From an uncultured Gemmatimonadales bacterium (GTDB lineage: Bacteria > Gemmatimonadota > Gemmatimonadetes > Gemmatimonadales > GWC2-71-9), in contig CAWHFW010000002.1 in the NCBI GenBank assembly GCA_963828735.1, positions 352,001 to 416,000 on the forward strand: a stretch of DNA of 64,000 bases, in the 5' to 3' direction. A program made the position numbers and the translations under genes. A model generated the notes under the pieces. It searched no databases, was not told the DNA's origin, and saw only the letters and a program-made list of their open reading frames with translations. Below are positions 50,461 to 60,985 of this stretch, piece after piece; position 1 is the first letter of the stretch; the number at the start of each line of letters is the position of its first letter.

Positions 50461-51951
50461 CTACACGTCGTACGTGTCGATCTGCGCCCGCTGCAGCTTT
50501 CCGGAGTAGTCCACGTAGCCCACCTTGGTCTCGGAGTAGAACTCGAAGACTTCCCACCCGCCCTCGCGGTGGCCGTTGCCGGTCGCCTTCACACCGCCAA
50601 AGGGCAGATGCGCCTCGGCGCCGATGGTCGGCGCGTTGACGTAGGTGATGCCGTTGTCGAGCTCCTGAAGCGCGCGGAACGCGAGGTTCACGTCCCCAGT
50701 GTAGACGCTGCTCGAGAGCCCGTACCGCACGCCATTGTTCACCCGCACCGCCTCGTCGAACGAACCGACCCGCACGACGCTCAAGACCGGCCCGAAGATC
50801 TCCTCCTGCTCGAGCCGACTGCCGGCGCGAACGCCCGCAAAGACGGTGGGCCGGTAGAACCAGCCGCGGCCGAGCTTGCCACGCGGGGCCGACCCGCCGG
50901 TCACCAGCTCCGCGCCCTGACCCCGGCCGATCTCGACATACCGCTCGACCTTGTCGCGCGAGGCTTCGTGGATGAGGGGACCGACGTCGGTCTTGCCCGC
51001 TCGGCCGTCGCCAAGCCGTAGGCCCTCGGCCGCGTCCACCAGTCGGCGCAGGAAGCGGTCGTGCACCTTCTTGTGCAGTACGAGACGACTGGTGGCGGTG
51101 CACCGCTGACCGGTCGTGCCGAACGCGCCCCAGAGCACACCTTCCAGCGCGAGATCGAGATCGGCGTCGTCCATTACGATCATGGCGTTCTTCCCACCCA
51201 TCTCGAGCGACAACCGCTTGTGCATGCGGCCGCAGGTCTCGCCGATGATCGCGCCCGTGTCGGTGGAGCCCGTAAAGGAGATCACCGGCACGCCGCGATG
51301 CTCGACCAGGGCCTTGCCGACGGTCTCGCCGCGCCCATGTACCAGCTGCACGACTTCGGGCGGCAGGCCGGCCTCGAGCAGGATCTCCACCAGCAGGTGC
51401 ACGGTGTGGGGAACGTCCTCGGACGGCTTGATGATCACGGCGTTCCCGCAGAGCAGCGCCGGAAACATCTTCCAGGTGGGAATGGCCATCGGGAAGTTGA
51501 ACGGCGTGATCAGGCCCACGATCCCGATCGGCCGCCGGAAGCTCATCGCCCACTTCGAGCGGAGCTCGGAGGGGACGGTGTGCCCGAAGAGCCGCCGACC
51601 CTCGGTGGCCGCGTAGTAGGCGGTGTCGATGCCTTCCTGCACGTCGCCCCGCGCTTCGGCGAGTACCTTGCCCATCTCGCGGGTCATCGCGTCGGCGATG
51701 GCTTCCTTTCGCTCGACCAGCAGGTCTCCCACCCGGCGCAGCACGTCGCCCCGCACCGGCGCGGGGGTGCGGGACCAGAGCGCGAAGCCCTGCTTGGCGG
51801 AGCGCACCGCGGCTTCGATATCGGCCTCGTCCGAATCCGGGAAGCGCCCGATGAGGTCATCGGTGTCGGCCGGGTTGCGATTGTCGAAGTAGGCGCCGTT
51901 TCGCGGCGCCACCCATTCGCCGCCGATGAAGTTGCGGAACGTCTTAGCCAT
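50461..51951 (-). CDS. Aldehyde dehydrogenase
   Basis: PFNFP, FTGS, LEMGGKN, GQRC, EEIFGP, PFGG.K. Confidence 0.95.
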   Translation of the reverse strand: MAKTFRNFIGGEWVAPRNGAYFDNRNPADTDDLIGRFPDSDEADIEAAVRSAKQGFALWSRTPAPVRGDVLRRVGDLLVERKEAIADAMTREMGKVLAEARGDVQEGIDTAYYAATEGRRLFGHTVPSELRSKWAMSFRRPIGIVGLITPFNFPMAIPTWKMFPALLCGNAVIIKPSEDVPHTVHLLVEILLEAGLPPEVVQLVHGRGETVGKALVEHRGVPVISFTGSTDTGAIIGETCGRMHKRLSLEMGGKNAMIVMDDADLDLALEGVLWGAFGTTGQRCTATSRLVLHKKVHDRFLRRLVDAAEGLRLGDGRAGKTDVGPLIHEASRDKVERYVEIGRGQGAELVTGGSAPRGKLGRGWFYRPTVFAGVRAGSRLEQEEIFGPVLSVVRVGSFDEAVRVNNGVRYGLSSSVYTGDVNLAFRALQELDNGITYVNAPTIGAEAHLPFGGVKATGNGHREGGWEVFEFYSETKVGYVDYSGKLQRAQIDTYDV

Positions 51952-51989
51952 AAAGCCCGAAGCTGAGGTGAGCGACGGTCGTCAGGCCG

Positions 51990-52695
51990 CTACGGACGCG
52001 CGGGTGACGGCTGCGCGGGCGACGGCTGCGCGGGCGCGGGCTGCGTCGGTGCGGGCTGCGTCGGTGCGGGCTGCGTCGGTGCGGGCTGCGTCGGTGCGGG
52101 CTGCGTCGGTGCGGGCTGCGTCGGTGCGGGCTGCGTCGGTGCGGGTTGGGCGGGAGACGTCTGGGCCGGCGCGGTCGGTCGGGGCGTCGTCTGTGCAGGC
52201 GCCGCTCTGGTCGGTGTGGTCGTGCCCGTCGCCTCACACATCCACGTGCGCGCCGTCCGGGCATATCCGACCCGAGGGAGCACTTCACGTACTGCGACCG
52301 TGGCCGCCCACGCCATCACGAGCAGCGCGAGCACGTGGGCGAAGGGGCGTCGGTGGGACCAGCTCGCCAGCGCGCCCAGCACGGCGACCAGCGCGGTGAT
52401 GCCCGCCGCGCCGAGGTAGAAGAAGAGCTGCGAGACCGCAGGAACGTTGGTAGGGCCAGATCACGAGCGCTGCCGCCAGCCCCACCGCCAGCGCTACCCA
52501 GAACCAGGTGAGCGCGACCGAACGCCGCCGCGGCGGCGCGATGCCTGCCGGCACCGTCGGGCGGGGCGCCGCCGGCACGGGTGGCGACCCGCCGACCGGT
52601 GCCGAGCCGCCCGCCGGCGCGTTGCCCTGCTGCTGTGCGATCACCCGATCGATGTCGGCCAGCTCGCGCTCCCAGTTCCTCGGCTGCTCGCTCAT
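51990..52695 (-). pseudogene. Membrane protein with Pro/Thr/Gln tail, split by a 1-nt insertion near 52431 (real or sequencing error)
   Basis: MSEQPRNWERELADID...WPYQRSCGL, then an extra G, then QLFFYLGAAG...LPRVGYA...WMC in the next frame. Confidence 0.75.
52036..52145. repeat. 15-bp tandem repeat, 7 perfect copies (encodes TQPAP on the minus strand)
   Basis: (GCGGGCTGCGTCGGT)x7 + GCGGG, with degenerate flanking copies. Confidence 0.95.
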
Positions 52696-54062
52696 GTCGC
52701 CTCCCGCGTGAGGCCATAGCGCTCGATCTTCTTGTACAGATTGGAGCGCGGCATCTTCAGCGCGCGGGCCGTCTCCGACACGTTCCAGTCGTGCAGGCGA
52801 AGCTGTTGCGCCAGGAAGCTCTTTTCCGCGTCCTGCTTGAAGCCCTCGAAGGTCTGGACCCCGTCCGCCGGGCCGCTCGGGACGGGGGAGACGCCATCCC
52901 CGGCGGGCAGGAGCCGCTCGATATCGGCGGCCGTCACGACCTTGCCGGGAGCCAGGATCAGGGCTCGCTCGACCGCGTTCCGCAACTCGCGGATGTTGCC
53001 GGGCCAGGACCGCGCCTTGAGCCGGGCCACGGCGTCGTTGGCGAATTTCTTTCCGGGCACGCCCGCACTGGCCGAGAGCGCGTCCGCGAAGTGCGCCACC
53101 AGGGCCGGGACGTCGTCGACGCGCTCCCGGAGTGCTGGCACCTCGATCGGGACTACGTTGAGGCGGTAGAGCAGGTCCTCGCGGAATCGTTGCTCGGCGA
53201 TCTCGCCTTCGAGATCCTTGTTCGTGGCGGCGAGCACCCGAACGTCCACCTGAATCGGCTTGGCGCCCCCGATCCGGGTCACGACGCCCTCCTGCAGCAC
53301 CCGGAGCAGCTTGGCCTGCGCGGGGAGGGACATGTCGCCGACTTCGTCCAGGAACAGTGTTCCCCCATCGGCCTGCTCGAACTTCCCGGCCCGATCGGCG
53401 AAGGCGCCGGTGAAGGACCCCTTCATGTGCCCGAACAGCTCGCTTTCGATGAGCTCGGACGGGATGGCGGCGCAGTTCACCTCCACGAACGCTTCGTCGC
53501 GGCGCGGGGACGCCTCGTGGAGCGCGCGGGCGACGAGCTCCTTGCCGGTGCCGTTCTCGCCGGTGATGAGCACGCGCGCGGCGGTGGGTCCCACCTTGGC
53601 GATGAGCTCACGCACCGCCTCCAGCGCGGGACTCGAGCCCACCATCTGGTAGCGGCTCTCGGTGGCCTCGCGCAGGCGTGCGTTTTCGCCCACCAGCTCT
53701 CCGTGGGCCAGCGCGTTCCGCACGGTCAGCAGCAGACGGTCGGTATCGAGCGGCTTCTCCAGAAAGTCGAACGCGCCCCGCTGGGTGGCTTCGACGGCCG
53801 TGGCGATGGTGCCGTGCCCGGAGATCATGACGATCTGCGCGCGCGGATCGAGATCGCGGAGGCGGGTGAGCGTCTCGAGCCCGTCGAGTCCGGCCATCTT
53901 CACGTCGAGGAACACGAGGTGGGGATGGAACTCGGAGTAGAGCGTGATCGCCTCGCCCCCCGACGCCGCGACCCGCACCTCCAAGCTCTCGTACTCGAGC
54001 ACCTGCTTGAGCGCCTGACGAATGCCCGCCTCGTCGTCCACGATGAGAACTCGTTGGCTCAT
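52692..54062 (-). CDS. sigma54-dependent response regulator (NtrX/NtrC-like)
   Basis: IVDDE, LD.KM..LDG, GENGTGKE, GSFTGA, FLDE, WPGNIREL, Fis-type HTH. Confidence 0.95.
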   Translation of the reverse strand: MSQRVLIVDDEAGIRQALKQVLEYESLEVRVAASGGEAITLYSEFHPHLVFLDVKMAGLDGLETLTRLRDLDPRAQIVMISGHGTIATAVEATQRGAFDFLEKPLDTDRLLLTVRNALAHGELVGENARLREATESRYQMVGSSPALEAVRELIAKVGPTAARVLITGENGTGKELVARALHEASPRRDEAFVEVNCAAIPSELIESELFGHMKGSFTGAFADRAGKFEQADGGTLFLDEVGDMSLPAQAKLLRVLQEGVVTRIGGAKPIQVDVRVLAATNKDLEGEIAEQRFREDLLYRLNVVPIEVPALRERVDDVPALVAHFADALSASAGVPGKKFANDAVARLKARSWPGNIRELRNAVERALILAPGKVVTAADIERLLPAGDGVSPVPSGPADGVQTFEGFKQDAEKSFLAQQLRLHDWNVSETARALKMPRSNLYKKIERYGLTREAT

Positions 54063-54721
54063 GGGCGCGGGGCTCCGTAGAGGACGGCGGCCCCTGATCG
54101 GATGCGGATGGCGCGGACGCCGGCGGGGACCTTCCAGGGAACGGTGTGACGGGTGGAATCGCCAATGGCGCGAGAGACCAGGCGCTCGACGGCGGAAGCG
54201 GGGACCGGAAAATCGCGAATCTGGAACGACCGCACCGCCCATTCGCCCGTGCCGGGCCCGGTGACACGCAGCGGTCCGGTGGCTTCCACCGGCTCGCGCG
54301 GCTGCAGGACCGCCGCGAGCGGGCCAACGAGCTCGCGCGGGAGCCGCTCGGTGCGAAGGCGTGCACGCACCTTCACCTCGCCGTCGAGTAGCTCGACCTG
54401 CAGCGAATCCAGCTCCTTCCGAAATGCGGGCGACAGCCCGGTACCCATGAGCGAAGCGACCTCCGATGGCGTGAGCATGACCGAGTCGGCGCGCCAGCCG
54501 TTGAGCGAGTCGATCTTGGTCTCCGCGCTCACGAGCGCCTTTGCGCCCGGCCGTCCTCGAGCGCCGGCGGGAGACGAGGGCGACGCCGACGTCTCGATGC
54601 TGCCCAGCAGCCGTCGGCCTTCGCGAACGACGCGATCACGGTACAGCCAGCCGATCCCCAGCAACGCGACTAGTCCCAGACACCCGATCACCTTGAACGG
54701 CGCCGTCAAACACCCCATCAC
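54059..54721 (-). CDS. Hypothetical membrane-anchored protein
   Basis: N-terminal TM; overlaps both neighbours by 4 nt. Confidence 0.75.
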   Translation of the reverse strand: MMGCLTAPFKVIGCLGLVALLGIGWLYRDRVVREGRRLLGSIETSASPSSPAGARGRPGAKALVSAETKIDSLNGWRADSVMLTPSEVASLMGTGLSPAFRKELDSLQVELLDGEVKVRARLRTERLPRELVGPLAAVLQPREPVEATGPLRVTGPGTGEWAVRSFQIRDFPVPASAVERLVSRAIGDSTRHTVPWKVPAGVRAIRIRSGAAVLYGAPRP

Positions 54722-55272
54722 GTCGCCAGCTCCAGCGTGAGCCGGGGCTCGTAGCGTGGGCCCTGCGTCGTGAGCACGCTCTCATAGAGCACCAAGCGGC
54801 TGCCGAGAAACGGCGCCGGTTGCAACGAGTGGCCGGCGTCCTCGAGCCCTCCGGACGGAAGTCGATGTCCCTCCCGTACCCGACCGAGGGTGACGTGCGG
54901 CCGGAACGGGGCGCCCTCCGGAGGAAAGCCGATCGCCTCGGCGCCACGCTCCACCCGATCATACAGCAGCTCCAGCGCCGGCGGCGCCTCGACGCCTACC
55001 CAGAGCACCCGCGGACGGACGGCGCTCGGAAAGGCGCCGATTCCATCGAGCCTCAGCTCGAGCGCCCCGGTGTTCCGTCCCGCGATTCGCACGGCTTCTT
55101 CGATGACCTCGAGCCGCTCGGGCGCCACCTCGCCGAAGAACTTGAGCGTGAGGTGCAGCCCCTCGTCATGCACCCAGCGCACGGGCCAATCGCCCTCGCG
55201 CAGCCGCCCGAGGAGCGCGACGATCTCGCGCCGCGCCTCGTCGACGATCGGCACGCCCACGAACAGCCGCAT
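54718..55272 (-). CDS. thpR: RNA 2',3'-cyclic phosphodiesterase (2H family)
   Basis: MRLFV, HLTLKF, PRVLW, PHVTLGR. Confidence 0.93.
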   Translation of the reverse strand: MRLFVGVPIVDEARREIVALLGRLREGDWPVRWVHDEGLHLTLKFFGEVAPERLEVIEEAVRIAGRNTGALELRLDGIGAFPSAVRPRVLWVGVEAPPALELLYDRVERGAEAIGFPPEGAPFRPHVTLGRVREGHRLPSGGLEDAGHSLQPAPFLGSRLVLYESVLTTQGPRYEPRLTLELAT

Positions 55273-56081
55273 CAGCGAGGCGAGCGCGGCGCGAGGGTCA
55301 GCAGTCCGCCCCGCCGGTAGCCCGCCGGATCCAGCTCGACCTCGGCGAACCCGAGGTCGCTGAAGAACGCGTCCACGGCGTCCCACGCGCTCTGGACTCG
55401 CTCGAGCTCCGCCGGAGACACCTCGATGCGCGCACGGTCGCCATGGTGGCGCACGCGCAGGTCGCCGGTCACCCCAAGTCCACGAAGGAACGCCTCGCCG
55501 TGCTCCACCTGACGAAGGCGAGCCGGCGTAATCTCCAGCCCGTAGACCACCCGGCTCGAGAGGCACGGCGCCGCCGGCGCATCCCAGGTCGGAAGCCCGA
55601 GCGACTGCGACGCCCCACGAATGGCGGCCTTGCTCCAGCCGAGCTCGGCAAGCGGCGAGCGGACGTGATGCTCCTCGGCGGCGCGCATTCCCGGTCGGTG
55701 CTCACCCAAGTCGTCGGCATTGGTGCCGTCGACGACGGTATCGAATCCGCGCTCGCTCGCGAGCCGGCCCAAGCGGCTCCACAGCTCAGCCTTGCAGAAA
55801 TAGCAGCGATCCGGGGAGTTGCCGAGGTACCGCGGATCGCTCAACTCGGCGGTGTCGACCTCGAGCAGGGGCACGTCGAACCGCCGAGCGAGCTCGACCG
55901 CGGTGCGCCACTGGGACTCCGGATAGGACGGACTTCGTCCGATGACGGCAAGCCATCGATCGGGGCCCAAGGTCTGCCGGCCCACCACGGCGAGGAATGC
56001 GCTGTCCACCCCTCCGGAATAGCCGAGAAGGACCCGCCCGAAGCCAAGCAGGTGTTGCCGCAGCATTTCGAGGTCGGACAT
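55272..56081 (-). CDS. larE: ATP-dependent sacrificial sulfur transferase
   Basis: SGGVDS, RCYFCK, DGTNADD..HRPG, CLSSR, LRVRHH. Confidence 0.93.
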   Translation of the reverse strand: MSDLEMLRQHLLGFGRVLLGYSGGVDSAFLAVVGRQTLGPDRWLAVIGRSPSYPESQWRTAVELARRFDVPLLEVDTAELSDPRYLGNSPDRCYFCKAELWSRLGRLASERGFDTVVDGTNADDLGEHRPGMRAAEEHHVRSPLAELGWSKAAIRGASQSLGLPTWDAPAAPCLSSRVVYGLEITPARLRQVEHGEAFLRGLGVTGDLRVRHHGDRARIEVSPAELERVQSAWDAVDAFFSDLGFAEVELDPAGYRRGGLLTLAPRSPR

Positions 56082-56141
56082 GGGCAGTAACGTAATGCGG
56101 TGGGGCACCAAGTGAGAGCCCGACCGCAGTTAGTTTCCGGC

Positions 56142-56579
56142 ATGCCCGATGGCACTCATCTCGAGGTCGCGCCGGAGCTGCAACTCCCGCTTTCGGAGCT
56201 CGAATTTCGCGCCTCGCGATCGGGCGGACCTGGCGGGCAGCACGTCAACACCTCGTCGACTCGCGTGGAAGTCTGGTGGGACGTTGCCACCTCGCCCGCC
56301 CTGAGTGATTCCCAGCGCCAACGTCTGCTGGCACGTCTGGCCAGCCGCCTCGACGGGGCGGGTCGCTTGCGACTCGTTTCGAGCGGGTCTCGCAGCCATT
56401 TGAGGAATCGCGAGGAGGTGACCGAGCGGCTTCGCGACCTCGTGGCGCGGGCGCTGGCGGTGCCGAAGCCCCGCAAACGGACCAAGCCTCCGCGGGCCGC
56501 GAAAGCGGCACGCCTGGAAGGCAAGCGCCGGCGCTCGGCCGTCAAGCGCGACCGCCGGCAGCCCCGGGACGACGACTAG
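56142..56579 (+). CDS. arfB: Alternative ribosome rescue factor B
   Basis: SGGPGGQHVN, basic C-terminal tail. Confidence 0.94.
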   Translation: MPDGTHLEVAPELQLPLSELEFRASRSGGPGGQHVNTSSTRVEVWWDVATSPALSDSQRQRLLARLASRLDGAGRLRLVSSGSRSHLRNREEVTERLRDLVARALAVPKPRKRTKPPRAAKAARLEGKRRRSAVKRDRRQPRDDD

Positions 56580-56671
56580 ACCAGGGTCCGTATGGACCGG
56601 CGCGCCTGGCGGTTGTGCCTGGCGGCGCGTCATGCGATGTTGCCTGGGAGCTGCCGCGCCGATGTCCGGTG

Positions 56672-58210
56672 TCAGGCGGCTACCTTCGTCCGATCCAAGC
56701 TGCGATACTGAATTGCCTCGCTCACGTGGCCGGTGTCCAGAGAATCGGCGCCGTCGAGATCCGCGATCGTGCGCGCGATCTTGAGGATGCGGTGGTACGC
56801 TCGGGCCGAAAGGCCGAGCCGGTGGACCGCCTGTCGAAGGAGTGCTTCCGGAGCCGGGCCGAGGGCGCAGTAACGGCGCAGGTGGCGAGTCGTCATGTGC
56901 GCGTTCGCGCGGATGCCGGGTTCCTCGTGGAAGCGCTCCCGCTGCCGGATGCGGGCGCGCTCCACTCGCTCCCTGATGAGCGCGCTGGACTCCGGGGTAC
57001 GCGGCCCGATCAAATCGGGGTACGGAACGGCCGGAACCTCGAGGTGGATGTCGATGCGGTCGAGCAGCGGGCCTGAGACCCGCGAGCGGTACCTTTCGAC
57101 GTCCAACTCGGAGCAGCGGCAGCCGTGTGTGGTACTGCCGAAATAGCCACAGGGACAGGGGTTCATCGCCGCCGCGAGCATGAAACGTGCAGGAAATGTC
57201 AGGCTCACGGACGCCCGACTCAACGTCACAACGCCGTCTTCGAGCGGCTGACGCAGCACCTCCAGCACATTCCGGCGGAATTCGGGCAGCTCGTCCAGGA
57301 AGAGCACCCCGCCGTGGGCCAGGCTGACCTCGCCAGGGCGCGGCACCGACCCGCCGCCAATGAGGCCGGCATCGCTGATGGTGTGGTGAGGCGCCCGAAA
57401 GGGGCGCAGGACGCAAAGGGGTTTGCCTCGCTCGAGCACCCCGGCGACGCTGTGGATCTTGGTGGTTTCGAGCGCTTCGTCGAGGGTCATGGCGGGCAGG
57501 ATGGTCGGCAGGCGCCTGGCCAGCATGGTTTTACCGGCCCCCGGCGGGCCGATGAGCAGGAGGTTGTGCCCCCCGGCGGCGGCCACCTCCAGCGCGCGTT
57601 TGGCGGCGGCCTGGCTTCGGACATCGGCGAAGTCGACGTCCTCCCGGCCCCGCTCCGCCATCAGGGCCGACAGGTCCACGGCGGACGCGGGCAGGTCGGC
57701 ATCGCCGGCGAGGAACGCGCAGGCTTCGGTGAGCGTTCGAGCACCGTGGACCGCAAGTTGATCCACCACAGCGGCCTCGGGAACGTTGTCGGCGGGGACC
57801 AGGAGGGCGCGGCAGCCGGAGCTCCGGGCGGCCATAGCCATCGAGAGTGTTCCGCGGACGGGACGGAGGTCGCCCTCGAGCCCGACCTCACCGACGACCA
57901 TGAGGCCGTCGAGAGCACGATCGGGCAGCTGGCCGCTCGCCACGAGCACGCCAAGAGCGATTGGCAGGTCGAGTCCGGAGCCGGTTTTCTGGATGTCGGC
58001 GGGCGCGAGGTTCACGGTGATGCGGCGGAGGGGAAAGGCGTAGCCGGCGTTGGACAGGGCGGCCCCGATCCGCTCCCGGCCCTCGCGTACGGCGCCGTGT
58101 GGAAGCCCGACGGTTGCGAAGGACGGCAGCCCGCTGCTGATGTCCACCTCGACGTCTACCGGATAGGCGTCGACACCGAGGATGGCGGCGGATCGGACTC
58201 GGGAAAGCAT
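56672..58210 (-). CDS. comM: YifB/ComM Mg-chelatase-like AAA+ ATPase
   Basis: TVNLAPA, DLPIA, GPPGAGKT, RAPHH, NPCPCG, SGPLLDRID, ARTIADL. Confidence 0.93.
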   Translation of the reverse strand: MLSRVRSAAILGVDAYPVDVEVDISSGLPSFATVGLPHGAVREGRERIGAALSNAGYAFPLRRITVNLAPADIQKTGSGLDLPIALGVLVASGQLPDRALDGLMVVGEVGLEGDLRPVRGTLSMAMAARSSGCRALLVPADNVPEAAVVDQLAVHGARTLTEACAFLAGDADLPASAVDLSALMAERGREDVDFADVRSQAAAKRALEVAAAGGHNLLLIGPPGAGKTMLARRLPTILPAMTLDEALETTKIHSVAGVLERGKPLCVLRPFRAPHHTISDAGLIGGGSVPRPGEVSLAHGGVLFLDELPEFRRNVLEVLRQPLEDGVVTLSRASVSLTFPARFMLAAAMNPCPCGYFGSTTHGCRCSELDVERYRSRVSGPLLDRIDIHLEVPAVPYPDLIGPRTPESSALIRERVERARIRQRERFHEEPGIRANAHMTTRHLRRYCALGPAPEALLRQAVHRLGLSARAYHRILKIARTIADLDGADSLDTGHVSEAIQYRSLDRTKVAA

Positions 58211-58353
58211 GAATGGGGTGCCTGAAGGAGTCCCGGGCACATTAGAGCACTACTCCGGCACCGCGGGGATCACACCAGCGCCTGCCGGATCGAAGCCGCG
58301 CGATACGCCCACCCCCCGGGCCGCGCGGGACTGTTCACCACCGGAGTCACGAG

Positions 58354-58809
58354 ATGCGTCGGTTCGTCACAGGATTGCTGCTGCTGTCATCGGCCACCGC
58401 CTGTGCCGTGCCCAAGGTTGCGGGCGCGCCGCTGGCACCGGTCGAGCGCGCCTGGGAAGTGCCGACGCTCGAGCTGTACAGCGAGTGGTGGCGAAAGACG
58501 GAGGAGTGCTCGGGACGGAAGGCAGACATGAGCCGCGTGACCTTCTACGCGGTGGATTCCCCGAATGGCGCGATCGGACTCAACGGCACGCTCGCCCACG
58601 GGTGGTGGGTGCGGCAAGGCAACCGGATCTACCTGCCCGCCAACGCCCTCGGCGAGGAATGGCTGGTGCGCCACGAGATGCTGCATGCCTTGCTCCAGCG
58701 AGGCTCGCATCCGACGAAGAATTTCGTCGCGGCGTGCCACCTTGCCTCCGCCGATGTCTGGCGGGACTCGACCCTCACGGCCGACCCCGCGAACCCGCAG
58801 GGCCACTGA
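58354..58809 (+). CDS. Small lipoprotein with HExxH motif
   Basis: ATAC lipobox; LVRHEMLHALL....H. Confidence 0.7.
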   Translation: MRRFVTGLLLLSSATACAVPKVAGAPLAPVERAWEVPTLELYSEWWRKTEECSGRKADMSRVTFYAVDSPNGAIGLNGTLAHGWWVRQGNRIYLPANALGEEWLVRHEMLHALLQRGSHPTKNFVAACHLASADVWRDSTLTADPANPQGH

Positions 58810-58836
58810 CGCCAGGGCGTCGCCCGGGCCGCTGGC

Positions 58837-60393
58837 CTACCACCGGCAGCGGTTCGGCCCCTCCGGCTGGATCAATCGGAAATCCATCAGGCGCATCTCC
58901 CAATTGCGCCCTTCGGTGCGCCACACCGGATCGGCCACGATACTCGTCGTCGTGTGCACCTGTCCCTGGTAGACGAATGCCATCGGCACCGTGGCGCCCA
59001 TCGACGTCCATTCGTAGATCCACTTCTTGAACTCGACGACAGGGAGCTCCCTGCCGACCAGCGACTGGCCGGCGTAGCCCGGCGGGACCAGCCGGTCGTC
59101 GAACCTCGTGAACCGTACGACGTCCTCCTGATAGCCCCACATCTTGACCGGATTCGAGCCGAGAAGCAGATGATTCGACCGCGGGCCCTCGGTGCGCAGG
59201 TTGCTGAACATCGTGAAGTTACCGGCCGTCCGAAGCCCCAGGTACGAGGTGAGTCCATGCAGCGCGACGAAGACGGGAAAGAGATAGAGCCAGCGCGGCG
59301 TGAGGCGGCTCCCGATGGGGACGCCGGTCCACGTGGGCCGCGGCATCTGGGCCACCACGGCGCGAAGGACGGGCCAGAGCATGACGACCGCGCCGAGATT
59401 GAACAGGAGGGCCGCCGGTAGCCTTTCGTTGAGCCACGACAGCATGCCGGCGAGCGCCGTCATCGCGAAGAACGCGTAGATCCTCGGGAGCGAACGCCGG
59501 ACGATGGGCAGGCGCAGATCGCTCGTCATCATGTCGATGTACGGCGAGGGCAGAAAGGTGAACAGCATCGCGAACGCGAGCGCGCCGAAGTGAACGAAGC
59601 CGATGAACGCCAGGATGGCGTGCATCGCCCAGGAGAAGGCCAGCAGCGGCGCCTGGAAGCGCGGAACGGTCAGCAGGGCCCCGCCGAAGAACTCCCAGAG
59701 GATCACGATGCACGACATGCCGAGGATACCGAGTGCCGCGGCCGGGCCGGGAATCTCGGGCGCCAGGTTGAGCGCCAGCGTCGCCGGGACGACGATCAGG
59801 CTCAATGCGCCGACGCGGGCCGCCGGGCGAAGCGTCCGACCGCTGCCACGGGCGCTGACCAGCGCGGCGGCCAGCACGCCGGTGCCGGCGAGAATGAAGA
59901 GACCGGCCGGCGCATGGAGGATGGGCACCCGAATGGAGGCGACCCTATCCAGGTCGCGCATCATGTCGCCGACACAGGAGACGGCGGGATTGAGAAAGTC
60001 GCGGTTGAGCTTGGCGAAGCCGGCGAAGACGTACACCAGGATCATCGTCACCTGCAGGACCGGGCGAACCAGCTCGAAGCAGTCGTCGTCGGCCGGGTAG
60101 CGATCGCGATGGGCGAGCGAGTACGCGATGGCGACGAGGAGCAGCAGGTTACACGTGATCTCGACGTTCACGTGATTGGCGACGTCGGGAAACTGCGTCA
60201 CCAGCGGATGGATGGTGGCGACAGCCAGGAGGATCGGGAACGTCCGACGCGTGAGGCCGACGAGCAGGAGCAAGCCGCACAGCAGGAGGAGGCCGCCTGT
60301 GAAAATCGGGTAGTGCCATTTCTCTCCCGGCTCGAGAAACAGCGCCATCATGTAGAGCGTGGCGAACGTCGCGAAGCGGCCGATCCGGTGCAC
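58837..60393 (-). CDS. Polytopic membrane protein (HTTM-like)
   Basis: About 12 TMs; NH, Y.FAGFAKLN.DF, FTMFSNLRTE motifs; GTG 60393 preceded by GGAG. Confidence 0.7.
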   Translation of the reverse strand: MHRIGRFATFATLYMMALFLEPGEKWHYPIFTGGLLLLCGLLLLVGLTRRTFPILLAVATIHPLVTQFPDVANHVNVEITCNLLLLVAIAYSLAHRDRYPADDDCFELVRPVLQVTMILVYVFAGFAKLNRDFLNPAVSCVGDMMRDLDRVASIRVPILHAPAGLFILAGTGVLAAALVSARGSGRTLRPAARVGALSLIVVPATLALNLAPEIPGPAAALGILGMSCIVILWEFFGGALLTVPRFQAPLLAFSWAMHAILAFIGFVHFGALAFAMLFTFLPSPYIDMMTSDLRLPIVRRSLPRIYAFFAMTALAGMLSWLNERLPAALLFNLGAVVMLWPVLRAVVAQMPRPTWTGVPIGSRLTPRWLYLFPVFVALHGLTSYLGLRTAGNFTMFSNLRTEGPRSNHLLLGSNPVKMWGYQEDVVRFTRFDDRLVPPGYAGQSLVGRELPVVEFKKWIYEWTSMGATVPMAFVYQGQVHTTTSIVADPVWRTEGRNWEMRLMDFRLIQPEGPNRCRW

Positions 60394-60985
60394 GCTCTGC
60401 TCCCGAGGTGATTCCTCGTCGAGGAACAATCGGAGCCCGCTCGGGGGCCATCGAACCCGACGGCACTCCGGCGCAGGCACATGGACTTGTGAGAAGTGGT
60501 TTCACCGACGGGCAACTCCCGTGCCCCCGGGGCCTTCCGACCCCGGTGGCCCGGGCAACTGGAGGGGCCCTGCCCCCATCCGGGAGTGCCAAGAATCGCA
60601 CTACCGCCAAGACCATCTGGGGCCACACGATACCCAGCTCGCGCGCCGCCCCATCACGATTTCGCAACCAAATCGCGGGCCCAGATCATCCCGACTCACA
60701 CCCCGACCGCAGGAGCACGGCGCCTCGCTTCCGGCGCGGGCGAAACGCGGGCGTGGCGAGACGTCAACAACCGACCGTGTCCCGCCGGGGAGCGCCGCCG
60801 GCGCAAGGCGCGGTATGGGTGACGAACGGACCGGCCCACTGGGGAAGGTTCAGGTGGAGTTAAGATCTCCGAGATGTTGAACGAGGGAGCTGGGAGGACC
60901 GTGTGCGTGGCGAAGGACATTGGCGCGGGGCAGAGACCGTGGATACGGCGGGGCTACCGACGGCAGATGTCCCGCGCAGGCGCCT

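Noticed and set aside
52036..52145. Tandem repeat as a possible CRISPR array
   Set aside because: No spacers; the 15-bp unit is an in-frame coding repeat; no cas genes.
60833..60852. CCCACTGGGGAAGG resembling a cobalamin riboswitch element
   Set aside because: Other conserved elements (AGGGAA, CCCGCAACTGT, AGYCAG..ACC) were not found, and no B12-related gene lies downstream on that strand.
60790..60863. GAVWVTN-like beta-propeller remnant in the intergenic region
   Set aside because: Single short motif with no supporting repeats.
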